A stretch of 64,000 nt of DNA from the human T2T-CHM13v2.0 reference genome, Homo sapiens (GCA_009914755.4 CP086569.2:18592001-18656000); one strand, 5' to 3'; positions 10,756-23,938 are shown, counted from the first letter of the stretch. Numbers and translations: made by a program. Notes: generated by a model from the sequence alone, not told the origin.

Positions 10756-13700
10756 TCTTTCTTATTTTCATCAGGGGATATTTGCTTTCTCCTCATAGGC
10801 CACAATGGGCCCTGAATGTACCTTCACAGATTTTCCAAAAAGAGTTCTGTCAACCTGATGAATCAAATGAAAGGTTTAACTCTTTCATTAATCTTTACAT
10901 CACAAAGCAGTTACACAGACAGCTTCTTTCAGTTTTTATGTAGGGGTATTCAATTTTTCCTTTAGGCCTGAATGGGCTCCCAAAAGTCCCTTTGCTGATT
11001 CTACAAATAGAATGTTTCCAACCTGCTGAATCAAAGGAAGGATTTACCTCTGAGATGAATCCACACATCATAGAGCACTTTCCCAGATACCTACTTTCTA
11101 GTTTTTACCTGGGCATATTCGTCTTCATCAGCCAGGAGTTACATAGACAGCTTCTTTCTAGTTTTTATCTGGGCATATTTTTTTTTCCATTGGGCCTCAA
11201 AGGGGCTCCCAAATGTCCCTTCACAGATTATCCAAAAAGATTGTTTTTAACCTGCTGACTCAAAAGAATGGTGTAAACCTTTGAGATGAATCCAGAAATC
11301 ATTGAGCAGTTTGACAAATAGCTTCTTTCTAGCTTTTACCTGGGGCTATTACGTTGTTCTCCATGGTTCTCAACGGTCTCTCAAATGTCCACTGTCAGAT
11401 TTTCCAAAAACCGCGTTTCCAACCTGCTGAATCAAAAGAAAGGCTTAACTCAGTGAGATGAAAGCGCAAATCCCAAAGTAGTTTCCCAGATATCATCTTT
11501 CTAGTTTTTACCTGTGGATATTAGGATTTTCCCAATAGGTCTCAATGGGGGTCCAAAATGTCCCTTTGCAGATTCTCCAAAAAGAGTGTTTCCAACCTAT
11601 TGAATCAAAAGAAAGGCTTAACTCAGTGAGACGAAAACACAAATCACAAAGCAGTTTCCCAGATATCGTCTTTCTAGTTTTTAACTGAGGATATTAGAAT
11701 TTTCCTGAAAGGCCTTAATGGGACCCAAAATGTCTCTTTGCAGATACTGCTGAATCAAAGGAAATGTTTAACTCTGTGAGATTATTCCACACATCACAAA
11801 GCAGTTTCACAGACAGCCTCTTCCTAGTTTTTATCTAGAATTTTTTTTTTCATGGGCCTCAATGGGCTCCCAAATATCCCTTCACATGTTCTCCAAAAAG
11901 AGTGTTTCCAACCTGCTGTATCAAAAGAAAGATTTAACTCAGTGAGATGAATCCACACATGACAAGGCAGTGCCACAGATGTCTTCTTTCTGGTTTTTAC
12001 CTGGGGTTATTCTGTTTATCCCCATAGGCTGCAATGGGCTCCCAAATGTCCCTTTGCAGATTCTCCTAATAGGGTGTTTACGATCTGTTGAATCAAAATA
12101 AATGTTTAAATCTGTGAGATGAATCTATACATCACAAAGCAGATTCAGAGATAGCTTCTTTCTAGTTTTTACCTAAGGCTATTCAGTTTTTCCCCATGGG
12201 CCTCAGTGGGATCCAAAATATTCCTTTGCACATTCTCCAAAAAAGAGTGTTTCCAACCTCCTGAATCAAAAAAAAAAGTTTTAACTTGGTGACATGAATC
12301 CACACATGACAAAGCAGTTTCATAGATAGCTTCTCTCTAGTTCTTACTTGGGGATATTCGGTTTTCTTTCATGGGCTTCAATGGGGTCAAAAATGTCCCC
12401 AGGCAGAATCTCCAAAAGAGTGTTTCCAATCTGCCGAATCAAAAGAAAGGTATACCTCTGTGAGATGAATCCGTATCACAAAGCAGTTTCCCAGATAGCT
12501 ATTATCTAGTTTTTAACTGGGGATATTAGTTTTTTTTTCCCCCCCATGGGCCTCAATTTTATCCAAAATGGCCTTTCACAGTTTATCCAATAAACGTGTT
12601 TCCAACTGGCTGTCAAAAGAGAGGTTTAATTCTGTGAGATGAATCCACACATCACCAAGCAGTTTCACAGATAGTTTTTTTCTAGTTGTTATCATGAAAT
12701 ATTCTGTTTTCACCATGGGCCTCAATGTGTTACCAGATATCCTTTTGCAGATTCTCCAAAAATAGTGCTTGCAATATGCTGAATCAACAGAAAACTTTAT
12801 CTCTGTGAGATGAATTTACAGATGACAAAGGAGTTTCACAGATAGTTTGCTTTTTGTTTTACCCTGTGATACTCAGTTTTTGCCCATAGGCCTCAATGAG
12901 CTTCCAAATGTCCTTTCAAATATTGTCAAGAAAGAGCTTTCAACCTGCTGAATAACAGAAAGGTTTAACTCTGAGATAAATCCACACATAAAAAGCAGTT
13001 TCACAGATAGCTTCTTTCTGGTTTTTACCTGGCTATATTCGTTTTTTTGTTTTTTATGGGCCTCAGTGGGCTCTCTGATGTCCCTTCACAGATTATCTAA
13101 AATAGTGTTTCCAACCTGCTAAACCAAAGAAAGGTTTAACTCTGTGGGATGAATCCACACATCCCAAAACAGTTTTAGAGATAGCGTCTTTCTAGTTTTT
13201 ATCTGTATTTGTTTTTCCCCATGGGCCTCAAAGGCCCTCAACTGCCCTTGGCAGATTCTCCAAAAAGAGTGTTTCCAACCTGGTGAATCAAAAGAAATGT
13301 TTAATTCTGTGTAATGAATCCACACATCAAAAAGCATTTTCACAGATAGCTTCATTCTAGTTTTTATTATGGGATATTCAGGTTTTCCCCATGGGCCTGA
13401 ATGGATTCCAAATTGTCCATTCACAGATTCTCCAAAAAGAGCGATTCCAACTTGTGGGATCAAAAGAAAGCTTTAACTCTGTTAGATGAATTTACATGTC
13501 ACAAAGCAATTTCACAGATACTTTGTTTCCCTTATTTACATAGGGATACTTTTTTCCCCATGGGCCTTAATGGACTCTAAAATGTCCTTTCACAGATTCT
13601 CAAAAAAGACAGTTTTCAAACTGTTGAATCAAAAGGAAAGTTTAACTCCATGAGCTAAATCTGCACATCACAAAGCAGTTTCACAGATAGCTTCTTCCTA

Positions 13701-16700
13701 GTTTTTATCTGGAAATTTTCCATTGATTTTAATTTGGGATCTATGGTCTCCCAATTATCCCATTGATTCTCCAAAAAGAGTATTTCCATCCTACTGAATG
13801 CAGAGAAAGGTTTAACTTGGTGAGATGAATCCACACATCACAAGACAGTGCCACAGATAGCTTCTTTCTACTTTTTACCTCGGGATATTCAATTTTATGG
13901 CCATATGATGCAATGGGCTCCGAAATGTCCCTTTGTAGATTCTCCAAAAACAGTGTTCCCAACCTGCTGAATCAAAAGAAAGTTTTAACACTTTGAGATG
14001 AATCTACACATCCCAAAGCAGTTTCACCGATAGGTAGTCTTTACTTCTTTATCTGTGGATATTTGTTTTTTTCCCCTGCGCCTCATTGCATTTCCAAATA
14101 TCTCTTCACACATTCTACAAAAACAGGTTTCCAACATGATCAATTAAAAGAAAGGTTTTTGTCTGTGAGATGAATCTACACATCACAAAGCAGTTTTACA
14201 GATACTTTCTTTCTAGTTTTTACCTACGGATATTTGGTTTTTCCCCATGGACCTCATTGGTATCCAAAATACCCCTTCACAGATATTCCAGAAAAAGTGT
14301 TTCCAAATGCTTGAATCAAAAAAAAAAAAAAAAAAAAAAGGTTTAACTCTGTGAGATAAATCCATGCATCACAAATAAGTTTCACAGATTCTTTCTAGTT
14401 TTTATCTGGGGATATTAGTTGTTTTTCCTTGGACCTCACTAGGCTCCCAAATATGCCTTTGCAGATTCTCCAAAAAGAGTGTTTCCAACCTGCTGAATCA
14501 AAAGAAAGATTTAACTCTGTTAGATGAATCCACACATCACAAAGCTGTTTCACAGGTGTCTTCCTTATAGTTTTTGCCTTGGGATATTCTGTTTTTTTCC
14601 TTATAGGTCTCAATGGGCTCCCAAATGTCTCTTCACAGATTCTCCAAAAGAAGTGTCTCCAACCAGCTGAATCAAAAGAAATGTTTAATCCTGCAAGATG
14701 AATTCACACTCACAAAGCCATTTCAAAGATAGCTTCTTTTTAATTTTTATCAGGGCATATTCTGTTTTTCCCCATAGTCTCAAAGGGCTCCCAAATATCC
14801 CTTCACAGATTCTCCCAAAAGAGTGTTTCCAACCAGTTGAATAAAAAGGAAGGTTTAACTTTGTGAGATAAATCCACACATCACAAATCCATTTCACAGA
14901 TAGAGTCTTTCTTGTTTTTACCTGGGAATACTCTGTTTTTCCCCACAGTCATCAATGAGCTCCAAAATGTCCCTTTGCAGATTCTACAAAAAGTGTTGCA
15001 ACCTGCTGTATCAAAAGAAAAATTTACTTCTGTGAGGTGAATCCACACATCACAAAGTAATTTCACAGATAGCTTCATTCTAGTTTTTAACTGAAAATAC
15101 TTGGTTTTTCTGCATAGTCCAGTTGGAGCACAGAAATGGCCCTTCACAGATTCTCCAAAAAGAATGTTTCCACCTGATGAATAAAAAGAAAAGTATAATT
15201 CTGTGAGAAGAATCTACCCATCACAAAGCATTTTCACAGATAGCTTCCGTCTGGTTTTTGTCTTGGGATATTCGTTCTTTTCCAATAATTGTCCATGGGA
15301 TCCCAAATGTCATTTTGTAGATTTTTCAAAAAGAGTATTTTCAATCTCCTGAATAAAAAGAAAGGTTTATCTCTGTGACATGAATCCAGATATCACAAAG
15401 AAGTTTCACGGATACCTTCTTTCTAGTTTTATCTGGGGATATTTGGTTTCACCCCATAGACCTCAAGGGTCTCCAAAATGTCCCTTTGTAGATTATGCAT
15501 AAAGAGTGTTTCAAAACCTGTGGAATCAGGAGAAAAGTTTAACACTGAGAGATGAAAATATGTATCACAAAAAGTTCCTCAGATAGCTTCTTTGTTGTTT
15601 TTATCTGGGTATATGTGGTTATTCCCCTTTGGCCTGAAAGGGCTCCCAAATATTCAATCGCATATTTTCTGAAAAGAGTGCTTTCAACTTGCTGAATCAA
15701 AAGAAATGTTTGCCTTTGTAAGATGAATCCACATATCACAAAAAAGTTTGACAGACTATCTTCTTTCTAGTTTTTATCTGACGATATTCAGTTTTGCCCC
15801 ACAGACCTCCAGGAGCTCCCAAATGTCCCTTTGCAGATTCTACAAAAAGACTGTTTCCAACCTGCTGAACTGAAAGAAAGGTTCAACTCTGTGAGATGAA
15901 TGCGCACATCTCAAATCATTTTCACAGATAGTTTGTTTTTAGTTTTTATATGAATATATTTGGGTTTTCCTCGACTGCATCAATTGGCTCATAAATGTGC
16001 CTTTGCAGATCCTCCAAAAGCAGTGTTTTCCACCTGCTGAATCAAAAGAAAAAATTAATTCTGTGAGATGAATCCATACATCAAAAAGCACAAATAGCTT
16101 TCTTCTAGTTTTTATCTGTGGATATTTGTTCTTTCCCAGTAATTCTCAATGGGCTCCAAAGTGTTCCTTTGCAGATCCTACAAAAAGGGTGTTCCCAATC
16201 TGCTGAAGGAAAAGAAAAAAAATACTGTTTTAAGATGAATCTACATGTCTGAAAGTTTCACAGATAGGTTCTTTCTAGTTTTACCTGGGGATATTCGATT
16301 TGTCCCCATAGACCTCAATGGGTGTTCAAATGTCCCTTTGCAGATTCTCCAAAAAGAGTGTTGTAAACGAGCTAAATGAAAAGAAAGATTTAACTCTGTT
16401 CAATGAATCCACACATCACAAAGCAGTTTTACAAATACTTTATTTCTAGGTTTTATCTGGGGCTATTCTCTTTCTCCCCCAGGCCTCAATGAGCTCCCAA
16501 ATGTCTGTTCACAGACTCTACACAGAGTGTTTCCAACCTGCTGAATCAAAAGAATGTTTTAAATCTGTGAAATGAATCCACACATCACAAAGCAGTTTCA
16601 CAGATGGCTTCTTTGTAGTTTTTATCTGAAGATATTCTGTTTTTTTATATTGATCCTCAATGGGCTCTGAAATTTATCCTCATAGACTATACAAAAAGAG

Positions 16701-19700
16701 TATTTTCAACATGCTGAATCAAAAGAAATATTTAACTCTGTCAGGTGAGTCCACACATCATGAAGCACTTTCACAGAGACCTTCTTTCTAGTATTTTTCT
16801 GGGATATTCTGCCTTTCTACATAATCGTCAATGGGTGCCAAATGTCCCTTTGCAGATACCGCAAAAAGAGTGTTTCCAAACTGCTGAATTGTAAGAAAGG
16901 TTTAACTCTGTGAGACGAATCGATACATCACAAAGCTGTTTCACACATAGCTGCTTTTTAATCTTTATCTGGGGATATTCTCTTTCTGCCTTTAGACATC
17001 AAAAGACTTCCAAATATCCCTTCACAGATTCTCCAAAAATAGTAATTCCAACCTGCTGAATAAGAAAACGTTAACTCTGTGAGACGTATCCCCACATCAC
17101 AAAGAAGTATCACACAGAGCTTCTTTGTAGTTTTTATCTGGGTATATTCTTTTTTTCCCTATAGGCCTCAATGGGCTCCAAAATATCCCTTTGCAGATTC
17201 TACAAAGAAAATGTTTCCAACCTGCTGAATAAGAAGAAAAATTTAACTCTGTGAGATTAATCAAAGCAGTTACTCTGATACCTTCTTTCTAGTTTCTTAT
17301 CTGGGGATTTTCCGTTTTACCCGTAGGCCTTAATGGGCTCCAAAATGTCCCTTTGCCAATTACCCAAAAAGACTGTTCACAATCTGCTGAATCAAAGGAA
17401 AGTTTTAATGCTGTGAGCTGAATGCAAACATCACAAAGCTGTTTCACAGAGTTTCTTTCTAGTTTTTATCTGGGGATATTCAGTATTTCCCCATAGGCCT
17501 CAATGGGTTACAAATTGTCACTTCATAGATTTTCAAAAAGAGTGTTTCCAACTTGCCAAATCAAAAGAAAGATTGAGTATTGTGAGATGAATCCACACAT
17601 CATGAAGCCGTTTCAGGAATATATTTTTTCTAGTTTTTATCTGCGTATATTCCATTTTTCCCCACAGTCCCCAGTGTGCTCTGAAATGTCCCATCACATA
17701 TTCTCCAAAATGAGTGTTTATAACCAGCTGAATCAAAAGAATGGCTTAACACTGTGAGATGAATCCACACATCACAAAGAAGTTTCACAGGTAGATTCCT
17801 TCTAGGTTTTATCTGGGGATATTCAGTTTTGTTCCATAGGCCTCCATGGGCTTCCAAATGTCCCTTCACAGATTCTCCAAAAACAGTGTTTCCAACCTGC
17901 TGAATGAAAAGAAAGGTTCAAGTTGGTGAGAAGAATCCATGGATCACAAAGCAGTTTCACAGATAACTTCTTGTAAATTTTTAACTGTGTGTATTTGATT
18001 TTTCCCTGGTAGCATCACTGGGCTCCCAAATTCACAGATTCTCCAAAACGAGTGTTTCCCTCCTGCTGAAAGAAAATAATTAATTCTGTGAGATGAATCC
18101 ACACATCAAAAGGCAATTTCACAGATAGCCTCCTTCAAGTTTTTATCTGGGAATATCCAGTTTTTTCTCCATAGGCATAAGCAAGCCCTCAAACATCCTT
18201 TTGCACATTTTAAAAAAAAAAAGATGATTCCAAACTGCTGAATCAAAAGAAAAATTTCCTTCTGTAACATGAATCCACATGTCACAAACAGTTTCACAGA
18301 TAGCTTCTTTCTAGTTTATCTAAGGATATTCAATTTTTTTTCCCATAGGCTTCTAGGGGAGTTAAAATGACCATTCATAGATTCTGGAAAAGGAGTGTTT
18401 TCAACCTACTGAATAAACCAAAGCTTTTAATCTGTAAGATGAATCCGCACATCACAAAGCATCTTCACAGAGCTTTATTCTAGTTTTTATCTGGGTTTAT
18501 TCAGGTTTTCCCCTTATGCTGCAATTGGCTCCCAGGTTTCTCTTTGCAGATTCTACAGAAAGAGTGTTTCCAAACTGCTGAATCATAAGAAAGCTTTTTC
18601 TCTTTGAGAGGACTCCACACATCACAAAGCAGTTTCATATATAGCTTTTGTCTAATTTTTATTTGGGTATATTCATTTTTTCTCAATAGGCCTCAATGGG
18701 CTCCCAAATGTTTCTCTGCAGGTTTTCTAAAAACAGTGTTTACACTTTGATGAATCAAAGGAAAGCTTTAAGTCTGTGAGAGGAATCCACACATCAGAAA
18801 GAGGTTTAAGAGATAGCTTCTTTTGACTTTTTATTTGGGTATATTCAGTTTTTCTGCATAGGCCTCAATAGGCTTCCAAATGTCCCTAAACAGATTCTTA
18901 ATTAGAGTCTATCCAACCTGCTAGACCGAAAGAAATGTTTAACTCTATGAGATAAATCCATACATCACAAGGCAGTTTCACAGACTGCTTCTTTCTAGTT
19001 TTCATCTTGGGATATTTGGTTCTTTCCAATAGACCTCAATGTCTCCCAAATGTCCTTTGCAGGCTTCTCCAAAATAAGTGTTTCCAACCTGCTGAATCAA
19101 AAGAAAGGTTTAAACCTATGAGGTGAATCCACACATCACAAAGCAGTTTCACACATAGCTTCTTTCTAATTTTTATTCAGGGCTATCTTGTTTTTTTCAC
19201 CATAGGCCTGAATGGTCCTCCAAATGTCACTTCACAGACTGTCTAAGAAGTGTTTACAGCCTGCTGAATAAAAAAAATAGATTTAACACTGCAAGATGAA
19301 TCCACACGTCAAAAAGCAGTTTCACACATAGCTTCTTTCTAGTTTTTATCTGGAGATATTTGTTTGTTTGTTTGTTTGTTTCCATTGGCCTTAACGGACT
19401 CCCAAATGTCCCTTTGAAGATTCTCCAAAAAGAGTGTTTTCCACCTGCTGAATCAAAAGAAAAGTTTACTTCTGTGAGATGAGCCCACATACCTCAAAGC
19501 AGTTTCACAAATAGCTTCTTTCTAGTTCTTATCTGGGGATTCTCTTTTGCCACATAGGCAACAATGAGCTGCAAAATGTCCCTTTGCAGATTTTCCAAAA
19601 AGAGTGTTTCCAACCTGCTGAATCAAAAGAAAAGTTTAACTCTGTAAGTTGAATCCACACATCACAAAGCAGTTTCATAGATAGCATCTTTCTAGTTTTT

Positions 19701-19790
19701 CTCTAGGGTTATTCTGTTTTTTTCCCCATAGGCCTCAATGAGCTCCAAAATGTTACTACACAGATTCTTTTAAAAGATTTTTTTCCTTAG
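10756..19790 (-). repeat. alpha satellite, divergent monomeric, ~53 monomers; continuation of the 2741-4088 block on the far side of the L1 insertion
   Basis: The same ~171-bp unit as the first block, read directly through the whole interval. Monomers are visibly diverged from each other, with no obvious higher-order repeat. No CENP-B box-like TTCG....A..CGGG motif (in either orientation) was seen in the monomers inspected. The block contains an A22 run at 14318-14339 and a (TTTG)5 tract at ~19361-19382. Confidence 0.85.
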
Positions 19791-19928
19791 CAGAAAAAAC
19801 CTGAATTTGAGAAAAATATGCAGAGAATCATAAAAATAAGCACAACTTATATAACACAGACAGAACAACAGTAAAAAAAAAAAGCCTACTTTAAAAAACA
19901 AAATGGAAATATAATTACTAAAAATAAA

Positions 19929-20227
19929 AGGCCTGGCATGGTGGCTCATGCCTGCAATCCCAGTGCTTTGGGAGGCTGAGATGGGTGGATCACGAGGTCA
20001 GCAGATCACCCTGGCTAATAGTGAAACCCCATCCCTACTAAAAATACAAAAACAAAATAGCCGGGTGTGATGGTGGGCACCTGTAGTCCCAGCTACTCAG
20101 GAAGCTGAGGCAGGAGAATGGCATGAACCCAGGAGGCAGAGCTTGCAGTTAGTTGAGACTACATCACTGCACTCCAGCCTGGGTGACAGAACGAGACTCC
20201 ATCTCAAAAAAAAAAAAAAAAAAAAAA
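19929..20227 (+). mobile_element. Alu (AluS-like), full length with A~25 tail
   Basis: Starts ggcctggcatggtggctcatgcctgcaatcccagtgctttgggaggctgag. The right arm reads ...cactgcactccagcctgggtgacagaacgagactccatctc followed by poly-A. Confidence 0.9.
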
Positions 20228-23100
20228 TTCTCATTATTCAAAGACTGAATTGCATTTCCGTGTCACACAAATGTGATTATATCTACCATGGTTTGAAAAC
20301 AAACAAACAAAAAGTAGTAAATATTATTAACTAAAATTTCAAGTTACTAGATAGCAAGCACAGTAAACATGCCAGTCATAGTATCTCACATATTCTACCC
20401 GTATCATCAAAATGCAGTCCTGATAAAAATCTCATGAAAGTACACTAATTTCAGGAAGAATAACAGTATTTACTATCAGACCATTAAAAAAATTATAATT
20501 AAAACTTACCTCACAATTTTGTTCCTCATCTTTGAACAATCATCATCTTTATCACTAACTGTTTTTTCAATTGTAGAAATACTGTTTCTGATGACTAGGA
20601 TTATATATAGTTGCTGGATCACAGAATTTATGTGAAAAGTAGCACCAGCTTCTCTGAGTCCCACCAATTTTTTGGTGGGCAGGATCCAACAGAGGGCAGA
20701 TATTCCTGTTCACTGAGTGCTTCACAAGCTAAGAAAAAATAATGCTTATGCAACAAAAATAATGATTTTACCCATTGTTCTCTTAATCAGGCTGTGAAAT
20801 TTATTCTATGAGGCTAACACAGCCATTTTGAAAGAGTACTTTAAACTTTTACATCAGCAATGTGAGCCACCATAAAGACTATTGCATGCAGACTTTTTAA
20901 GTCCACATTTTTAACGGCATTGTTTTTGCAACAATTTTCTTAGAAAGAGTCATACACGATGATATAATATTAAATTCTCATGTGTTAAACAGAGACTTAG
21001 CATTAATCGTTATGACTTTACATATTAAAAAACTTTTGCACTTAAAATAAGTGTATACAATACACTTCCATCAGAACTTTATATAAATAGAACATTAGCG
21101 TTTTCTCAGTTTTAATGGAGCACTTCATTTAAATTATTGTTCTGACTCATAAAAACTATAACCTTCACATAAATATCACTTTCTTCCTCAGCTGATAGTG
21201 ATAATTGCTTTATATATCTTCACAGTTTTATTGTGAGAAGAAGTCAATTAGATGGTGTCTTTAAAATACCTGTGAAAATTGTAAATGCTACTTTTTGTAA
21301 AACAGAATACAACTTACACATCACTCCATCTTACAGGTGGATTGCATAAATTAGAACATATTGAACTTCAAGTTATGTAGCTTCAAAACAGAATTAAACA
21401 GATCTTCATGTATTGACAGGTGTGTGACTAAGTACAAAACAAGGTTAACCATATTGTATATTGCTTATGCTCATTTCCATAAAAAAAAAATAGCTAAGCA
21501 TTTGAAGATGCGCATATACCTAAAAGAAAATCTCTGGACCAGAAATATATTATTGGTGACAAGTTCATAGTTTTTACTGCATGTCCTCTTATATATTTGA
21601 AAATATATATTAATCACAAGAAAACAGTGGCTAAATAGTTTAAACAAATACTATTTTTTGTTTGTTTAAAAAACTCTTTTGAAAATATATATTTACTATT
21701 CCAATACAATAGTTAAACAAAAAAAAGTGTTTTCAAAAAGGAAATTCTTCTCTCTACGTAGATCCTACAGAACACATAAACATCTGAAATTTTGAGTAGT
21801 GAGTTTAGCTAGAAACTCCTACAATGTATTAAAAAATATACTCACAGAGAAAAAATATAAAGAAATATAATTTCACATTTCCAATGAAATATCTGTACAG
21901 AATGCTTTGTTAATTATATTCTTAACTCTCAGGTTTCTCTTGAAATAAACTAAATTTCAGGTTATCGTTTGTTAACTTACTTACATTGGTTCCCACTCTG
22001 AATTGCAGTTTTGTGTAAGATTTCAACATTGCTACCCATTTTGTTTAATTAATATGGACATTTAAAAGTAATAAAATGCACTCAAATGTTCTCTTCTCAC
22101 ATTATGATTTTTAAAAAAACACCACCCGGAATATAAGTAAAATAAATTAAGCAACTATAATGTTTGGGTTATGAAAATCTTTTTAAAGAATACGTTTTAA
22201 ATATAAACTTTTTGTAGCATTACATTTGGTTTCTTGTTATTCTAAAGGGTTAATTTTTTTTTTTCACATATGACTAAATAAAACCCACTGTGGTAAAGTA
22301 CCAAAACCAAGTATAGAAGAGAAGTTAAGAAATACATGCTTATTAAAAAATTAATGTTCTCTTACTTAAATGGCTTTAATTATATACCTGATGACTACAA
22401 AATAGTAAACTAGTTGACCAAAAACAAACAAACAAAAAAAATGAGTTAATTTTTCTAAAGGAAATAATAGAATTTTAAACAAAAGTGTGATTAATGAACA
22501 AAACTGCTTTATAATTTAAAATACTCACAGTTTTTGCTTTGTCTACGTAATATGTTTCAGTCAAACAGTGTAGCATCAATGTGAAATTCTTTACACAGCC
22601 AATAGCTGCTGCTGCAAGTAGCTCAAAACCAGAGTTTATGGTAATGGGTGACTTACAGACTAGAACAGCCTTCTCTGTTAGCAGTTCTTTGCTTGTCATA
22701 TATTGCAGGTGAACTTTAGGTGCAGGGAAGATGAAAAAAATTAATTTCTCATATGTTAGAAAAAATAATCACATATTATTAGTAGAAAAGTTAGGTTATA
22801 AAAACTTCCTTTTCAAAGAAAATACCTTTAAGTTCATTTCACATAATTGAACATCTCAATGTATCTTGAAGCAATTTTGAGTTTTCTTACAAAAGAAAAT
22901 CCTGGAGGGCAGCCAAGATGGCTGAAAAGGAACAGCTCCGGTCTACAGCTCCCAGCATGAGTCATGGAGAAGACGGGTGATTTCTGCATTTCCATCTGAG
23001 GTACCCAGTTCATCTCACTAGGGAGTGCCAGATAGTGGGCGCACGTCAGTGGGTACAGTGCACCATGAACGAGCTGAAGCAGGGCGAGGCATTGCCTCAC

Positions 23101-23355
23101 TCAGGAATTGCAAGGGGTCAGGGAGTTCCCTTTCCTAGTCAAAGAAAGGGGTGACAGACGGCACCTGGAAAATCGGGTTACTGCCACCCTAATACTGCAC
23201 TTTTCCAGTGGGCTTAAAAAATGGCACACCAGGAGATTATATCCCACACCTGGCTCAGAGGATCCTACGCCCACAGAGTCTCGCTGATTGCTAGCACAGC
23301 AGTCTGAGATCAAACTGCAAGGCTGCAGCAAGCCTGGTGGAGGGGCGCCCGCCAT
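23101..23355 (-). other. ORF0-like antisense open reading frame (84 codons) in the 5'UTR of the plus-strand L1, starting about 450 nt from the L1 5' end
   Basis: A minus-strand ORF reads MAGAPPPGLLQPCSLISDCCASNQRDSVGVGSSEPGVGYNLLVCHFLSPLEKCSIRVAVTRFSRCRLSPLSLTRKGNSLTPCNS. Its start codon lies within the antisense of ...ggcgcccgccattgctgaag..., the position where primate L1 ORF0 is reported. The equivalent frame in the minus-strand L1 (ATG at ~10304, plus strand) stops after 24 codons. Confidence 0.4.
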
Positions 23356-23938
23356 TGCTGAAGCTTGCTTAGGTAAACAAAGCAGCTGGGAAGCTCAAAC
23401 TGGTTGGAGCCCACCACAGCTCAAGGAGGCCTGCCTGCCTCTGTACGCTCCACCTCTGGGGGCAGCGCACAGACAAACATAAAGACAGCAGTAATCTCTG
23501 CAGACTTAAATGTCCCTTTCTGACAGCTTTGAAGAGAGCAATGGTTCTCCCAGCACGCAGCTGGAGATCTGAGAATGGGCAGACTGCCTCCTCAAGTGGG
23601 TCTCTGACCCCTGATCCCCAAGCAGCCTAACTGGGAGGCACCCCTCAGTAGGGGCAGACTGACACCTCACATGGCCAGGTACTCCTCTGAGAAAAAACTT
23701 CTAGAGGAACGATCAGACAGCAGCATTCGCGGTTCACGAAAATCTGCTGTTCTGCAGCCACCGCTGCTGATACCCAGGCAAACAGGGTCTGGAGTGAACC
23801 TCTAGCAAATTCCAACAGACCTGCAGCTGAGGGTCCTGTCTGTTAGAAGGAAAACTAACAAACAGAAAGGATATCCACATCAAAAACCCATCTGCACATC
23901 ACCATCATCAAAGACCAAAGGTAGATAAAACCACAAAC

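Noticed and set aside
10800-19790. Dozens of 60-115-aa ORFs on the minus strand across the satellite, for example 13119..13463, 14395..14613 and 17630..17869, many containing ...KLSVKLLCDVWIHLTELNLSFDSAGWKHSFWRIC...
   Set aside because: They recur with the 171-bp satellite period and are translations of the monomer consensus. Repeat-generated open frames are not genes.
2741-19790. A regularly spaced repeat array that could superficially suggest a CRISPR-like or other prokaryotic tandem system
   Set aside because: The unit is a ~171-bp alpha-satellite monomer with no short repeat and unique spacer structure. The surrounding Alu, L1 and ERV content shows this is primate nuclear DNA, and no prokaryotic system is present in the window.
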